A stretch of 48,594 bases of DNA. Source: Acidimicrobiales bacterium (GTDB taxonomy: Bacteria; Actinomycetota; Acidimicrobiia; Acidimicrobiales; Palsa-688). A model generated the notes under the pieces. The model did no database searches and had not been told where the DNA came from. It saw only the letters and a program-made list of their open reading frames with translations. Below, one piece after another: positions 1 through 10,631 of the stretch. The stretch covers positions 1 through 48,594 of the forward strand of contig DASSZK010000272.1 in assembly GCA_035702845.1 (NCBI GenBank). The letters are read 5' to 3'. Positions within the stretch are counted from its first letter, which is position 1. The number at the start of each line of letters is the position of its first letter. The translations under genes and the position numbers were made by a program.

Positions 1-1634
1 ATCATCTCCTTGCCCAGGTCGTCGGCGGGGTGGGCCTTGCCGGCGAATATGAGCTGCACTGGGCGCTTGTTGTCGAGGAGCAACGCCCGCAGGCGCTCAG
101 GCTGGGACAGGAGCAGAGTTGCCCGTTTGTAGGAGGCAAAACGCCGGGCGAACCCGATGGTGAGCAGAGTCGGGTCCAGGATCTCGTCGGCCCAGGCGGC
201 GTCGATCGGGGACACGCCTTTTTCCAGGAGCGAAGCCTTGAGCCGAGACCGGACAAAAGTGACCAGTGCTTCCTTGCCCTGCTCGCGCGCCCTCCACAGC
301 TCGTCGTCGCGAGCCTCGACGATCCGGGCCCAGTCCGCCGGCCCAGCGTCTTCCCAGGAAGGGTTGATGTACTTGGTGAACAGGTCGTTCATTGAGGCAG
401 ACACCCAGGTGCGCCCGTGCACTCCGTTGGTCACCGAGATGATCGGGACCTCTTTCAGCGGCACCGAGGGGTATAGCTGCTGGAACATGGACCGGCTCGT
501 CTCGCCGTGCAGTTTGGCCACGCCGTTGGCCATTGCCGCCAGGCGTAGGCCCATGACGGCCATGTTGAACGGCGCGCTCGGTGGCTCACCAGGAGCGTGG
601 CCCAGGGCCATCAGCTCCTCCATCCCCACACCGCACTCCTGTGCCCACCCCGAGAAGTACTTCTCCATGAGCTCGGCAGGGAAGCGGTCGATGCCTGCGG
701 GCACTGGGGTGTGGGTGGTGAAGATCGTCCCCGCACGGGCTGCTTCCAGGGCTTCGTTGAAAGTCAGGCCGTGGTGGGACACGAGCTGGCGGATCCGCTC
801 CAGGCCGAGGAAGCCGGCGTGGCCTTCGTTGGAGTGGAAGATCTGCGCCTGCTCGCCCAGAGCGTCCAGCGCCCGTATACCTCCGATGCCGAGCAGGATC
901 TCCTGGCGCAGGCGGTGCTCGGTGCCGCCGCCGTAGAGCCGGTCGGTTACCGAGCGCAGCTCGTCCGAGTTCTCTTCGATGTTGGTGTCGAGCAGGTAGA
1001 GCTTGACCCTTCCCACAGCCGCCACCCAGATGCGCGCAATTAGCTGTTGGCCGTCCAGGTCGACGCTCACCCTCGTGTCCTCGATCGGCGTCAGGGCCAT
1101 CGAGTGGGGGTCCATGACCGGGTAACGCTCTTCCTGCCAGCCGTCTGCGTTGAGGCGCTGGCGGAAGTAGCCCTCCCGGTACAGCAGGCCTACGCCGACC
1201 ATCGGCACCCCCAGGCTGCTGGCAGCCTTCAGATGGTCGCCTGCCAGGATGCCGAGCCCGCCCGAGTACTGAGGGAGGGCCTCGGCGATGCCGAACTCAG
1301 GCGAAAAGTAGGCCACCTTCACCAGCGACGACCGGCCCCGGTTCTGGAACCAGCGGGCGACGGTCATGTACCGGCGCAGGTCGGCGTGGATCTCACCCAA
1401 GAACGACATGAAGGCGTTGTCCCTGGACAGCGCCTCCAGGCGCTCGCGTGCCACGAGGGAGAGCACCTGTACCGGATCGTGCTGTGTGCGCTCCCACAAA
1501 TGTGGGTCCACCCAGCGGAACAGGTCCCGGGTGCGCTCGTCCCAGGACCAGCGCAGGTTGAAGGCAAGTTCTTGAAGCGGGACCAGCGGCTCAGGTAGCC
1601 GGGCCCGGACGGTGAAGCTCCTGAACGCTTTCAT
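1..1634 (-). CDS. glgP: alpha-glucan (glycogen/maltodextrin) phosphorylase, first ~544 codons; the 3' end runs off the left edge
   Basis: My own reverse-strand translation from ATG 1634..1632 gives MKAFRSFTVRARLPEPLVPLQELAFNLRWSWDE...YFSPEFGIAEALPQYSGGLGILAGDHLKAASSLGVPMVGVGLLYREGYFRQ...IFTTHTPVPAGIDRF...FAGKAHPADD. It stays open to position 3. It is absent from the ORF track because it has no stop inside the window. The + strand ORFs at 157-1598 are shadows of it. Confidence 0.9.
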   Translation of the reverse strand, partial: MKAFRSFTVRARLPEPLVPLQELAFNLRWSWDERTRDLFRWVDPHLWERTQHDPVQVLSLVARERLEALSRDNAFMSFLGEIHADLRRYMTVARWFQNRGRSSLVKVAYFSPEFGIAEALPQYSGGLGILAGDHLKAASSLGVPMVGVGLLYREGYFRQRLNADGWQEERYPVMDPHSMALTPIEDTRVSVDLDGQQLIARIWVAAVGRVKLYLLDTNIEENSDELRSVTDRLYGGGTEHRLRQEILLGIGGIRALDALGEQAQIFHSNEGHAGFLGLERIRQLVSHHGLTFNEALEAARAGTIFTTHTPVPAGIDRFPAELMEKYFSGWAQECGVGMEELMALGHAPGEPPSAPFNMAVMGLRLAAMANGVAKLHGETSRSMFQQLYPSVPLKEVPIISVTNGVHGRTWVSASMNDLFTKYINPSWEDAGPADWARIVEARDDELWRAREQGKEALVTFVRSRLKASLLEKGVSPIDAAWADEILDPTLLTIGFARRFASYKRATLLLSQPERLRALLLDNKRPVQLIFAGKAHPADDLGKEM

Positions 1635-1761
1635 CTTCGGCCAACGTAGCAACTCGGGCGGGTTTCTTCTAAGGCGGCCTCCGACCAGCGGCGCAGCTAC
1701 GGTGCGGGCCGGGTGAGCGTAAGGCGGCTTTTGCTCCGGTTGTCGGGATAGCTTGGGGCCG

Positions 1762-3900
1762 ATGAGCACCGACGCGTCCCAGGCCAAGCCCCGTCGCCGG
1801 TCGCCCGCAGCGAAAGCGGCTAACCCGGTCCCACCTGCAGAAGCGGCAGCTAAGCCGAGCACTGAGGCTAAGCCAAACGCTCAGGCGGACGGCCAACTGG
1901 CGGCGACCCCATCCGGAGAGGGCGCCGAGGAGGCGGTGCTTCCCAAGCCGACCGAGGGCCGAGGTTTTTACGAGATCGTAATCGAGGGCGTGAGGCCGTC
2001 GACGCCCAGCGGCTACCCAGCCAAGGGGCTTGTCGGTGAGGCAGTCCCCGTGCGAGCGGACATTTTCCGCCACGGCCACGACATCCTTGCTGCCCGGGCC
2101 CTGCTTTACTGTGGCGACCAGCTCGTTGCCACCGGTCCGCTGAGGCACCAGGGTAACGACTTTTGGACCGGTCTTGTGGGGCCTCCGATGCGCGTGGGCG
2201 ACCACCGCTTGGTGGTTGAAGCCTGGACTGATCGCTACGCCACTTGGGCGCACAAGACCGCGGTAAAGCTGGCCGCTCGCCAGCCAGTGGCTGTCGAGAT
2301 AGCCGAGGGTGCCAAACTGCTCGAGGAGTGGTTGAGGGGCGGCGGCCACGACCAGAGCGGGCGCGTCTCCCAGGCGCTCAGTGCCCTTTCTGATGCCGGG
2401 GCTGAGGAGCCTGCCCGGGTAAACGCTGCGCTTTCGTCCGTGGTCGCCCATCTGCTTGCCGGCCCTCTGTTGGCTCATGACTTGACCAGGGCCGAAGTGG
2501 CGCTTTGGGTCGACCGCCAGCGCGCCGGAGTGGGCGCCTGGTACGAGATCTTCCCCCGCAGTTTCGGGGGACTTCGGGGTGCAGCGGACCAGGTGCCCAG
2601 GATCGCGGGGCTCGGTTTTGACGTTTTGTACATGCCCCCCATCCACCCGATCGGGCGCAGCTACCGCAAGGGCCGCAACAACACGCTCGAAGCGGGCCCT
2701 AACGACCCCGGAAGCCCCTATGCCATTGGTGCCGCCGAGGGCGGCCACCTCGCCATACACCCCGACCTCGGGACCTTCGAGGACTTCGAGCACCTGGTGC
2801 GTACGGCTTCGGAGCACGGGATGGAACTAGCGCTGGACTACGCGCTCAACTGCTCGCCGGAGCACCCTTGGGTCAGCGAGCACCCCGAGTGGTTCCATCA
2901 CCGGCCCGACGGGTCGATCGCTTACGCGGAGAACCCACCCAAGAAGTACCAGGACATCTACCCCCTCAACATGTTCCCCGAGCGCGACGAGGACCGGGAG
3001 GCATTGTGGCAGGCGTCCAAGGAGATCTTCGACTTCTGGTCCGACAGGGGCGTGCGCATCTTCCGCGTCGACAATCCCCACACCAAGCCTTTTTCCTTTT
3101 GGGAGTGGTGTATCGGCGAGCTCAGGAAAGAAAAGCCCGATCTCGTCTTCTTGGCGGAGGCTTTTACCCGTCCCAAGATGATGGCCCGCTTAGCCGAGAT
3201 CGGCTTTTCCCAAAGCTATACGTACTTCACGTGGCGCACCGGGCAGTACGGCCCCGAAGGGCTCCGGACGTACGTGGACGAGCTGGCGCAGGGCCCTACG
3301 GCCGACTACATGCGGCCCAATTTCTGGCCTACTACCCCGGATATCCTTTCCGGTCCCCTGCGTAACGGCCCCCCGGCCGCCTTCGCCCTGCGCTACGTCC
3401 TGGCGGCGACGTTGTCACCTTCCTACGGGATATATGGGGGTTACGAGCTGTACGAGAACGAGCCGCTGTCGCCGGACAACGAAGAGTTCATGTGGTCGGA
3501 GAAGTACGAGATCCGCCACCGCGACTTTTCCCGTCCCGGTTCGCTCGCCCCATTGTTCTCGGCGGTCAACCGGGTACGTCGTGCACACCCGGCTTTTAGC
3601 CGCCTGCGCACGACGCACTTCCACGGCACGGACAACCCCAACGTGATGGTCTATTCCAAGACGTCGGAGCTGGGCGGCGACGTGGTGCTGGTTGTGGTCA
3701 CGCTGGACCCCTACGCCACTCAGGAATCGACGCTGCATCTCGACCTCCCCGTCTTGGGGCTCACGCCCGGGTCGAGCTTCGAGGTGCGAGATGAGCTGTC
3801 CGGGGACACCTACACCTGGGGTGAGCACCCCTACGTGAGGCTCGACCCCTACCGGCGAGTGGCCCACATCATGTCCCTGCCTGGCAGCGGGCTCGAGTAG
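1762..3900 (+). CDS. glgE: alpha-1,4-glucan:maltose-1-phosphate maltosyltransferase
   Basis: The ORF 1753..3900 contains [70 protein letters not shown] and an alpha-amylase-fold core. The first ATG is at 1762 and the track start at 1753 is TTG. There is an N-terminal extension of about 65 aa rich in Pro/Ala/Lys. Confidence 0.9.
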   Translation: MSTDASQAKPRRRSPAAKAANPVPPAEAAAKPSTEAKPNAQADGQLAATPSGEGAEEAVLPKPTEGRGFYEIVIEGVRPSTPSGYPAKGLVGEAVPVRADIFRHGHDILAARALLYCGDQLVATGPLRHQGNDFWTGLVGPPMRVGDHRLVVEAWTDRYATWAHKTAVKLAARQPVAVEIAEGAKLLEEWLRGGGHDQSGRVSQALSALSDAGAEEPARVNAALSSVVAHLLAGPLLAHDLTRAEVALWVDRQRAGVGAWYEIFPRSFGGLRGAADQVPRIAGLGFDVLYMPPIHPIGRSYRKGRNNTLEAGPNDPGSPYAIGAAEGGHLAIHPDLGTFEDFEHLVRTASEHGMELALDYALNCSPEHPWVSEHPEWFHHRPDGSIAYAENPPKKYQDIYPLNMFPERDEDREALWQASKEIFDFWSDRGVRIFRVDNPHTKPFSFWEWCIGELRKEKPDLVFLAEAFTRPKMMARLAEIGFSQSYTYFTWRTGQYGPEGLRTYVDELAQGPTADYMRPNFWPTTPDILSGPLRNGPPAAFALRYVLAATLSPSYGIYGGYELYENEPLSPDNEEFMWSEKYEIRHRDFSRPGSLAPLFSAVNRVRRAHPAFSRLRTTHFHGTDNPNVMVYSKTSELGGDVVLVVVTLDPYATQESTLHLDLPVLGLTPGSSFEVRDELSGDTYTWGEHPYVRLDPYRRVAHIMSLPGSGLE

Positions 3901-3910
3901 CGGAGGAGCG

Positions 3911-5680
3911 GTGCCGGGCGAAAAGGTTTCGGGTACGGCCAGCGGCGATGTCCGCTGGTACCAACGGGCCGTTTTTTACGAGGTCTTGGTCCGAGGTTTT
4001 TACGATTGCAACAACGACGGCACGGGCGACATACCGGGCATCGTCTCCAAGCTCGACTACCTGGAGTGGCTGGGTGTCGACTGCATCTGGCTGCTGCCCT
4101 TTTACCAGTCGCCTCTGCGCGACGGCGGCTACGACATCTCCGACTACTGGACCGTGCTCCCCGAGTACGGCCAGGTGGCCGATGTGGCCCAGCTCGTCGA
4201 CGAGGCCCATCGGCGTGGCCTGCGGGTGATCGCCGACCTGGTCATGAACCACACCAGCGACCAGCACCCGTGGTTCCAGGAGTCCCGCCAGGACAGGACA
4301 AACCCGAAGGCCGACTGGTACGTGTGGGGTGACGACGACCAGCGCTACGACAAAGCCCGCATCATCTTTGTGGACACCGAGAAGTCGAACTGGGCGTGGG
4401 ATCCCCAAAGGGGCCAGTACTACTGGCACCGCTTCTTTTCGCACCAACCCGATCTCAACTACGACAACCCCGAAGTCGCCGACACGATGCTCGATGTCGT
4501 GCGTTACTGGCTCGACATCGGCCTTGACGGTTTCCGCCTTGACGCTGTGCCCTACCTGTTCGAGAGAGATGGGACTGACTGCGAGAACCTCCCGGAAACA
4601 CACAACTATTTGAAGCGCCTCCGCAAGGAGGTCGACTCTTTGTACCCGGGCAAGGTGTTGCTCGCCGAGGCCAACCAGTGGCCCGAGGACGTGGTGCAGT
4701 ACTTCGGCGATGACGACGAGTGCCATATGTGCTTCCACTTCCCCGTTATGCCGCGCATGTTCATGGCGGTGCGCCGTGAGCAGCGGTACCCCATAACCGA
4801 GATCCTCGCTCGTACGCCCGAGATCCCCGACGGGTGCAGCTGGGGGATCTTCTTGCGCAACCACGACGAGCTGACCTTGGAAATGGTCACCGACGAAGAG
4901 CGCGACTACATGTGGAACGAGTACGCCAAAGACCCGAGGATGAAGCGCAATATCGGCATCGGCCGGCGCCTCGCCCCACTGGTGGACAACGACCGGCGGG
5001 TGGGTGAACTGCTGCATTCGCTGCTGTTCAGCCTGCCCGGGTCCCCCATCCTTTATTACGGCGACGAGATCGGCATGGGGGACAACATCTACCTGGGCGA
5101 CCGTGACGGGGTGCGCACGCCCATGCAGTGGTCGCCGGACCGCAACGCCGGCTTTTCCCGGGCGGACTTCGCCCAGCTGTACCTGCCCCCGCTGATGGAC
5201 CCCGTGTACGGCTACCAGTCGGTAAATGTGGAGGCGCAGATGCGCAACCCGAGCTCGCTGCTGCACTGGATGCGGCGCATGCTCGAGGTCCGAGCCCAGC
5301 ACCCCGTGTTCGGCACGGGGACGATGGAGGTCGTCTCCACAGAGAACCCTTCGGTGCTCGCCTACGTACGCTGTTATCCCGGAGGCCACGGTTATCCCGG
5401 AGGCCACGGTGCCGAGGGCGGCCCAGACCACCAGACCTCTGAGGACGGAGCCCCAGACAGCACATCCCCTGACACGGTGCTTTGCGTCAGCAACCTGTCC
5501 CGCTTTGCTCAGCCGGCCCAGCTTCCTTTACAGCGCTGGGAGGGTATGACCCCAATAGAGCTCCTGGGAAGGGTGCCGTTCCCGCCCATAGGAGAGCTTC
5601 CCTACTTCATAACCTTGCCGCCCTACGGCTTTTACTGGTTCGGGCTGGTGCGGCGGCCTCACGGCGCGAGCGGAGGATGA
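3911..5680 (+). CDS. treS: trehalose synthase (maltose alpha-D-glucosyltransferase)
   Basis: GTG start. Motifs seen: [66 protein letters not shown]. It lies immediately after glgE and before the maltokinase gene. Confidence 0.92.
   Translation: MPGEKVSGTASGDVRWYQRAVFYEVLVRGFYDCNNDGTGDIPGIVSKLDYLEWLGVDCIWLLPFYQSPLRDGGYDISDYWTVLPEYGQVADVAQLVDEAHRRGLRVIADLVMNHTSDQHPWFQESRQDRTNPKADWYVWGDDDQRYDKARIIFVDTEKSNWAWDPQRGQYYWHRFFSHQPDLNYDNPEVADTMLDVVRYWLDIGLDGFRLDAVPYLFERDGTDCENLPETHNYLKRLRKEVDSLYPGKVLLAEANQWPEDVVQYFGDDDECHMCFHFPVMPRMFMAVRREQRYPITEILARTPEIPDGCSWGIFLRNHDELTLEMVTDEERDYMWNEYAKDPRMKRNIGIGRRLAPLVDNDRRVGELLHSLLFSLPGSPILYYGDEIGMGDNIYLGDRDGVRTPMQWSPDRNAGFSRADFAQLYLPPLMDPVYGYQSVNVEAQMRNPSSLLHWMRRMLEVRAQHPVFGTGTMEVVSTENPSVLAYVRCYPGGHGYPGGHGAEGGPDHQTSEDGAPDSTSPDTVLCVSNLSRFAQPAQLPLQRWEGMTPIELLGRVPFPPIGELPYFITLPPYGFYWFGLVRRPHGASGG
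5373..5408 (+). repeat. perfect in-frame 18-bp tandem duplication inside treS
   Basis: gttatcccggaggccacg at 5373..5390 is repeated exactly at 5391..5408, encoding [12 protein letters not shown]. Confidence 0.95.
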
Positions 5681-5681
5681 G

Positions 5682-7181
5682 ATGGGTCAAGACCGCCTGG
5701 ACATGGCAAGTGCAGGGGGCCCGGCGAATGCAATGGACCTGACAAACCCCACCCCGGGGGAGGTGCAGCCTTGGCAGCCGCCCGCCGCCTTGGTCGAAGC
5801 CATCGGGGGGTACCTGGCGCGCCAGCGCTGGTACGCAGGCGAGGGCGCACCGACGGGCCTCCAGGTGAAGGCTTCGGAGCAGCTGGCCGAACTTCCCAGC
5901 GCCAGGGGGCGACTGCTGTGGATGATCGTCGAGGCGGATGGCGACAGCTACCAGTTGGTGATCGGGGAGAGGCCTCCTGTGGAGGCTGCCGAAAGGTTTC
6001 GTGGCCACGAAGAGGCCCTGGTCGGAGCGGTGGGGGACGCCGTCTACTACGACGCCGTCGTGGACAGCGAGATGGCCTTGGCATTGCTCGCGCTGTCGAG
6101 CGGGGGCGCCGAGCGGGCCCAGCGGTCGCGCCCCATGGGGGCGGAGCAGTCCAACAGCTCGCTCGTGTACGACGACCGCCTGATCCTCAAGATCTTTCGC
6201 CGCCTGTCCCTGGGCGGCCCGAACCCCGATGTCGAGGTGACCACGGCCCTGGCCCGAGCGGGGTTTGCCCATGTGGCCGCGCCCATGGTGCGCTGGCAGC
6301 GCGATGGGGTCGACTTGGCGTTCGGGCAGCAGTTCCTGACGGGCGGCAGCGATGGATGGGCGCTGGCGCTCACCTCGATCCGGGACCTCTATGGCACGTC
6401 GGCGACGGACGAGCCCTGCAACCCCGCCGTTTCCGGAGGGGACTTTGCCGCTGAGGCCACCCGGCTGGGGCAGGTGACCGCGCAAATGCACCTGGCCATG
6501 GCCGAGACCTATGGCCGTTCGGGCGAGCTGGCCGAGCGCTGGCAGGAGATGGTCCGCTCGCTCACCGACCAGGTCAGGCGCGAAGTGCCCGACCTGGCGG
6601 AGCCGGGAGAGGGCCTCTTGGACCGGCTTCGCGCCGTCGCCGACCCTGGGCCATCGGTCCGCGTGCACGGTGACTACCACCTGGGCCAGGTGATGAGAAG
6701 TGACGCCGGATGGTTCGTGCTGGATTTTGAGGGGGAGCCGAACCGGCCGGTCGAGCAGCGGCTCGTGGCCACCTCCGTCATGAAAGACGTGGCCGGCATG
6801 TTGCGTTCGCTTGACTATGCGCCGAACTTCGTCCTGCGCGAACGGGGCGGCGCAGAGGCCCCTCAGCTCGCTGAGCTTGCCAGAGCATGGGGGGCCCGCA
6901 ACCGCCGGGCGTTCCTGGCCGGTTACTACGAGGCCAAAGGGGTCGAAGAGCTGCTGCCCCCCATCGAGGACCGCGAAGCCGTGCGCGCCGCTTTCGAGTT
7001 GGAAAAGGCCCTGTACGAGGTTGGTTACGAGCGGGCCTACCGGCCCGACTGGATTGCCATCCCTATGGCTGCGCTGGAGAACCTCCTGCGAAGCTCGGTA
7101 CCAGAGGTAGTCAAGCCTTTTGAGGCAGAACACGACGACGAACTAGACGGGACGGTTGATGCCGAACAAACGCTCTACTAA
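5682..7181 (+). CDS. pep2: maltokinase (maltose 1-phosphate-forming, APH fold)
   Basis: The ATG is 1 nt after the treS TGA, with a GGAGG inside the end of treS. The N-terminal cap region is LARQRWYAGEG...YQLVIGE. The kinase core is NSSLVYDDRLILKIFRR and VHGDYHLGQVM...WFVLDFEGEP, and the C-terminal LEKALYEVGYE is also present. It is a separate gene here rather than a TreS-Pep2 fusion. Confidence 0.88.
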   Translation: MGQDRLDMASAGGPANAMDLTNPTPGEVQPWQPPAALVEAIGGYLARQRWYAGEGAPTGLQVKASEQLAELPSARGRLLWMIVEADGDSYQLVIGERPPVEAAERFRGHEEALVGAVGDAVYYDAVVDSEMALALLALSSGGAERAQRSRPMGAEQSNSSLVYDDRLILKIFRRLSLGGPNPDVEVTTALARAGFAHVAAPMVRWQRDGVDLAFGQQFLTGGSDGWALALTSIRDLYGTSATDEPCNPAVSGGDFAAEATRLGQVTAQMHLAMAETYGRSGELAERWQEMVRSLTDQVRREVPDLAEPGEGLLDRLRAVADPGPSVRVHGDYHLGQVMRSDAGWFVLDFEGEPNRPVEQRLVATSVMKDVAGMLRSLDYAPNFVLRERGGAEAPQLAELARAWGARNRRAFLAGYYEAKGVEELLPPIEDREAVRAAFELEKALYEVGYERAYRPDWIAIPMAALENLLRSSVPEVVKPFEAEHDDELDGTVDAEQTLY

Positions 7182-9654
7182 GCAGAACGAGCCGCAGTCC
7201 CCGCCGACCGCCGGGAAGACGGGCGCCGCCCCGCAGAAGGTGGCCGCGCCGGAGACGAAGGGTAGGACCGAGGCCATGACAAGCACCGAACTGCATGCCA
7301 AGCAGGCCGACAAGACCCCTACGGGAGTGACGGTCGACCAGACCGGTGCCAATGCGCTGGACGAAGCGACACCGGACGAGGCCGGTCTCGCTCAAGTCGG
7401 TCTCGACAAAGACAGCGTCGAACGGCTCGTGCACGGGCGCCACCACGACCCGCACTCGGTCCTCGGGCGCCACGGAGATATTGTGCGGGCGCTTCGGCCC
7501 GAAGCCGTCGAGATGTACCTGCTTGTCCTGGACGGCGAGGGAAAGACGGCAGAGCGGGTGCCGATGTCCAGGGTGCACGAGGGCGGCCTGTGGCAGGGCC
7601 GGCTCAGCCCGTCCGCAACCGGCTACCGCCTGGAAGCCGTCTACGGAGGCCCCGGCTCCTCCGGCTTTGTCTTCGACGACCCCTACCGGCACTGGCCCAC
7701 GTTGGGAGACCTGGACCTGCACCTGTTCAACCAGGGAAGGCACCGCCGGCTTTGGGAGGTCATGGGGGCCCACCGGCGCACTCACCAGGGCGTCACCGGT
7801 ACGTCTTTCGCAGTCTGGGCGCCCAACGCCAAGGCGGTGCGCGTGGTCGGCGACTGGAACTTCTGGGACGGGCGCGTCCATCCCATGCGCTCGCTCGGCT
7901 CGAGCGGTGTGTGGGAGCTGTTCATCCCGGGCGCGGAGGAGGGTGCGCGCTACAAGTACGAGATCGTCGCCGCCGACGACCGGGTGATCCTAAAGGCGGA
8001 CCCGTTTGCCTTCGCCACCGAGGTGCCGCCGGGCACCGCTTCGGTTATCGCCGCTCCTCCAGCGCACATTTGGCAGGACCAGCCCTGGCAGGAGCGCCGG
8101 GCCGAGGGCGACCAGCTGACCAAGCCGATGTCGGTCTACGAGGTGCACCTCGGGTCCTGGAGGTGGAAAGACGACGGCTATGGGGGCATGCGCCCGCTCA
8201 CCTATCTGGAGCTAGCGCAAGAGCTGCCCCAGTACGTGTCCGAGATGGGTTTCACCCACGTCGAGTTCCTTCCCGTGGCCGAGCACCCCTTCGGCGGGTC
8301 GTGGGGTTACCAGGTAAGCGCCTACTACGCCCCTACGGCGCGCTTTGGCAGCCCCGACGATTTTCGCGAGCTGGTCGATGCCTGCCACCGCGCCGGGATC
8401 GGCGTGATAGTCGACTGGGTCCCGGCGCACTTCCCTCGCGACGAGTTCGCTTTGGCCAACTTCGACGGTACCGCACTGTACGAGCACGCCGGCCCCATGG
8501 GCTCCCACCCGGACTGGGGCACCTTGGTGTTCAACATGGGCAGGCACGAGGTGCGCAATTTCCTCATGGCCAACGGGCTTTTCTGGATAGACCAGTACCA
8601 CATCGATGCTCTGCGGGTCGACGCAGTGGCGTCCATGCTTTACCTGGACTACTCACGCAAGGCCGGCGAGTGGGCCCCCAACCAGTTCGGGGGCAACGAG
8701 AACCTCGAGGCTGTCTCGTTCCTCAAGGAGATGAACGAGACAGTTTTCGCCATGTGCCCGTCGGCCACCACCATCGCCGAGGAGTCGACGTCATGGCCCG
8801 GCGTCTCCCGGCCCACCTATCTCGGGGGCCTCGGGTTCGGTTTCAAGTGGAACATGGGCTGGATGCACGACACCTTGCAGTACTTCGAGGTCGACCCGCT
8901 TTTTCGCCGGTACCACCAAAACGACCTGACTTTCGGCCTCATATATGCGTGGTACGAGAACTTCGTACTGCCGCTGTCCCACGACGAGGTCGTGCACGGC
9001 AAGCGGTCGCTGCTCAACAAGATGCCGGGAGACCGGTGGTCCCAGCTGGCCAACCTGCGTGCCCTGTACGCCTGGATGTGGGCGCACCCAGGCAAGAAGC
9101 TGTTGTTTATGGGAGCGGAACTGGGCGAGGAGCGCGAGTGGTCGCACGAACGCCAGCTCGACTGGTGGGTCCTGGACCAGTGGGCCGACCACGCCAAGCT
9201 CAAGCGCATGGTGGCCGAGCTCAACCGCATATACCTGGCGGAACCGGCGATGTGGGAACAGGATTTCTCCCCTGAGGGTTTCCGTTGGATCGACGCGAGC
9301 GACGCGGACAGCAATGTGCTGTCGTTCCTGCGATACCGCAAAGCAGGCGAGCATGGTGCGCCTCAAGGCGCGCAGGGCCCGGGCCAGGCATCGTGGCCGG
9401 CCTTGCCGGTGAGCGACGTTGTCGCCTGTATCGCCAACCTTTCTCCCGTGCCTCGCCTTGGCTATCGTGTCGGGTTGCCGCGTGGTGGCCGCTGGACCGA
9501 GCTCCTCAACACCGATGCGCAGGAGTGGGGAGGCAGCGGGCTCGGCAACATGGGAGAGGTATGGGCTGGCGAAGAAGGTTGGCACGGGCAACCGTTCTCC
9601 GCCGAGATGGTCTTGCCGCCCCTGGCGGTCGTGTGGTTGGCGCCCGCAGACTGA
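7156..9654 (+). CDS. glgB: 1,4-alpha-glucan branching enzyme
   Basis: Motifs seen: HGRHHDPHSVLGRH, FAVWAPNAKAVRVVGDWNFWDG, YEVHLGSWR, GYQVSAYYAPTARFG, DWVPAHFP, LRVDAVASMLYLDY, EESTSWPGV, LSHDEVVHGK. The start is uncertain. TTG 7156 or ATG 7159 would overlap the end of pep2, and ATG 7276 is an alternative. Confidence 0.9.
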   Translation: MMPNKRSTKQNEPQSPPTAGKTGAAPQKVAAPETKGRTEAMTSTELHAKQADKTPTGVTVDQTGANALDEATPDEAGLAQVGLDKDSVERLVHGRHHDPHSVLGRHGDIVRALRPEAVEMYLLVLDGEGKTAERVPMSRVHEGGLWQGRLSPSATGYRLEAVYGGPGSSGFVFDDPYRHWPTLGDLDLHLFNQGRHRRLWEVMGAHRRTHQGVTGTSFAVWAPNAKAVRVVGDWNFWDGRVHPMRSLGSSGVWELFIPGAEEGARYKYEIVAADDRVILKADPFAFATEVPPGTASVIAAPPAHIWQDQPWQERRAEGDQLTKPMSVYEVHLGSWRWKDDGYGGMRPLTYLELAQELPQYVSEMGFTHVEFLPVAEHPFGGSWGYQVSAYYAPTARFGSPDDFRELVDACHRAGIGVIVDWVPAHFPRDEFALANFDGTALYEHAGPMGSHPDWGTLVFNMGRHEVRNFLMANGLFWIDQYHIDALRVDAVASMLYLDYSRKAGEWAPNQFGGNENLEAVSFLKEMNETVFAMCPSATTIAEESTSWPGVSRPTYLGGLGFGFKWNMGWMHDTLQYFEVDPLFRRYHQNDLTFGLIYAWYENFVLPLSHDEVVHGKRSLLNKMPGDRWSQLANLRALYAWMWAHPGKKLLFMGAELGEEREWSHERQLDWWVLDQWADHAKLKRMVAELNRIYLAEPAMWEQDFSPEGFRWIDASDADSNVLSFLRYRKAGEHGAPQGAQGPGQASWPALPVSDVVACIANLSPVPRLGYRVGLPRGGRWTELLNTDAQEWGGSGLGNMGEVWAGEEGWHGQPFSAEMVLPPLAVVWLAPAD

Positions 9655-9709
9655 CGCCATAAGCCCATTGGTGAAGCAGAAAGCCTGTGGGTAAGTTGCG
9701 GGGCCGGTG

Positions 9710-10576
9710 TTAGGACTGGTCCCGCGTGCGGCGTAGCCATGCGGCGGTGCGCTCCAGCGCGTCCGCCATGCCCGGCGGCCGCAGCCAACCAGCCACTATC
9801 TGCTCGATCCCGAACGTACGCTGCCAGGTACGCGCCCGGAGGAAGGTATCCTCGTCGACAGCAGCCTGAACGGCTTCCCAGCCGTGCCATGCCAGGCAGG
9901 CGGCGTCGATCGCCGGGTCCCATGCCGCCGCCCAGTCCCAGTCGATGACCCCCACCAAGCGGCCATCCTCGCTCCAGCGCATGTTGTCGCCGGCCAGGTC
10001 TGCGTGGACGAACGACGGCAGGACCGGAGGCAAAGCCAGGGCGGCGTCGAGGCGGCTGCGGGCGTCGTCTCGCACGTCGGCGGGAAGTTGGTCGATGGCG
10101 TCGCCCATCAGCCGGGCCCAGTCCGGGCCGCCGGCATAGCCGTGCGGTTCGGCGAGCAGGCCCGCTATGGGCTGGGTGCCAACCCAGCGCAGGGCCTCCA
10201 GTACCTCGCGCAGGGCGGCAGGAGCGCCTTTGCCCTTCTCATGGGGCTTCCCCGGCACCCACGACGTCGCCACCGCGGTGAACCCGTCGACGGTGGCAAC
10301 TTCTGAGAGCGGCTGGGGCACGGCGAAGGGCAGGTCGAGGAGGCTAAGGGCACGTAATAGTGCGGTACGCCGGCCCATCAGCGTGGCGCTCCCGGCCGAC
10401 TTGGCCACCCGGACCACCCCATAGCCGGGGGCAACGACGACCAGGTGCTCCGTACCGCTCTCGACCCGGATGTCGTGGTTACCCAGGCCGGGCAGCAACG
10501 CGTGAGCCACGCCCGCAGCCGCTTGTTCGCTAAGGACTATGTCGCTGCCGGGGGCAGAGGTGGCGTTGTCGTTCAT
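9710..10576 (-). CDS. phosphotransferase-family (APH/aminoglycoside-kinase fold) protein
   Basis: I trimmed the 434-aa track ORF to the internal ATG at 10576 (MNDNATSAPGSD...). The kinase-fold C-terminal motifs are FVHADLAGDNMRW and GVIDWDWAAAWDPAIDAA. The upstream 146 codons of the track ORF overlap the next gene in another frame and look like Arg/Ser/Pro-rich noise. Confidence 0.7.
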   Translation of the reverse strand: MNDNATSAPGSDIVLSEQAAAGVAHALLPGLGNHDIRVESGTEHLVVVAPGYGVVRVAKSAGSATLMGRRTALLRALSLLDLPFAVPQPLSEVATVDGFTAVATSWVPGKPHEKGKGAPAALREVLEALRWVGTQPIAGLLAEPHGYAGGPDWARLMGDAIDQLPADVRDDARSRLDAALALPPVLPSFVHADLAGDNMRWSEDGRLVGVIDWDWAAAWDPAIDAACLAWHGWEAVQAAVDEDTFLRARTWQRTFGIEQIVAGWLRPPGMADALERTAAWLRRTRDQS

Positions 10577-10631
10577 ACAACAACACTGTGCCTTGCGCCG
10601 GTCGATGCAACCAAAGCCGCCTATTGTTAGC

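Noticed and set aside
157-1598. Three + strand ORFs (259, 148 and 183 aa) covering the left end
   Set aside because: Their translations are Ser/Arg/Pro/Ala-rich with no recognisable motifs. The opposite strand reads as an uninterrupted, clearly recognisable glycogen phosphorylase, so these are shadow ORFs.
1669-2817. 382-aa minus-strand ORF
   Set aside because: It is antisense to glgE and has Arg/Gly/Pro-rich composition. It is a shadow of a confidently identified gene.
3869-5431. 520-aa minus-strand ORF
   Set aside because: It is antisense to treS. It has no motifs and a typical high-GC antisense composition.
5607-7133. 508-aa minus-strand ORF
   Set aside because: It is antisense to the maltokinase gene. 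It is low-complexity and Arg/Gly/Pro-rich.
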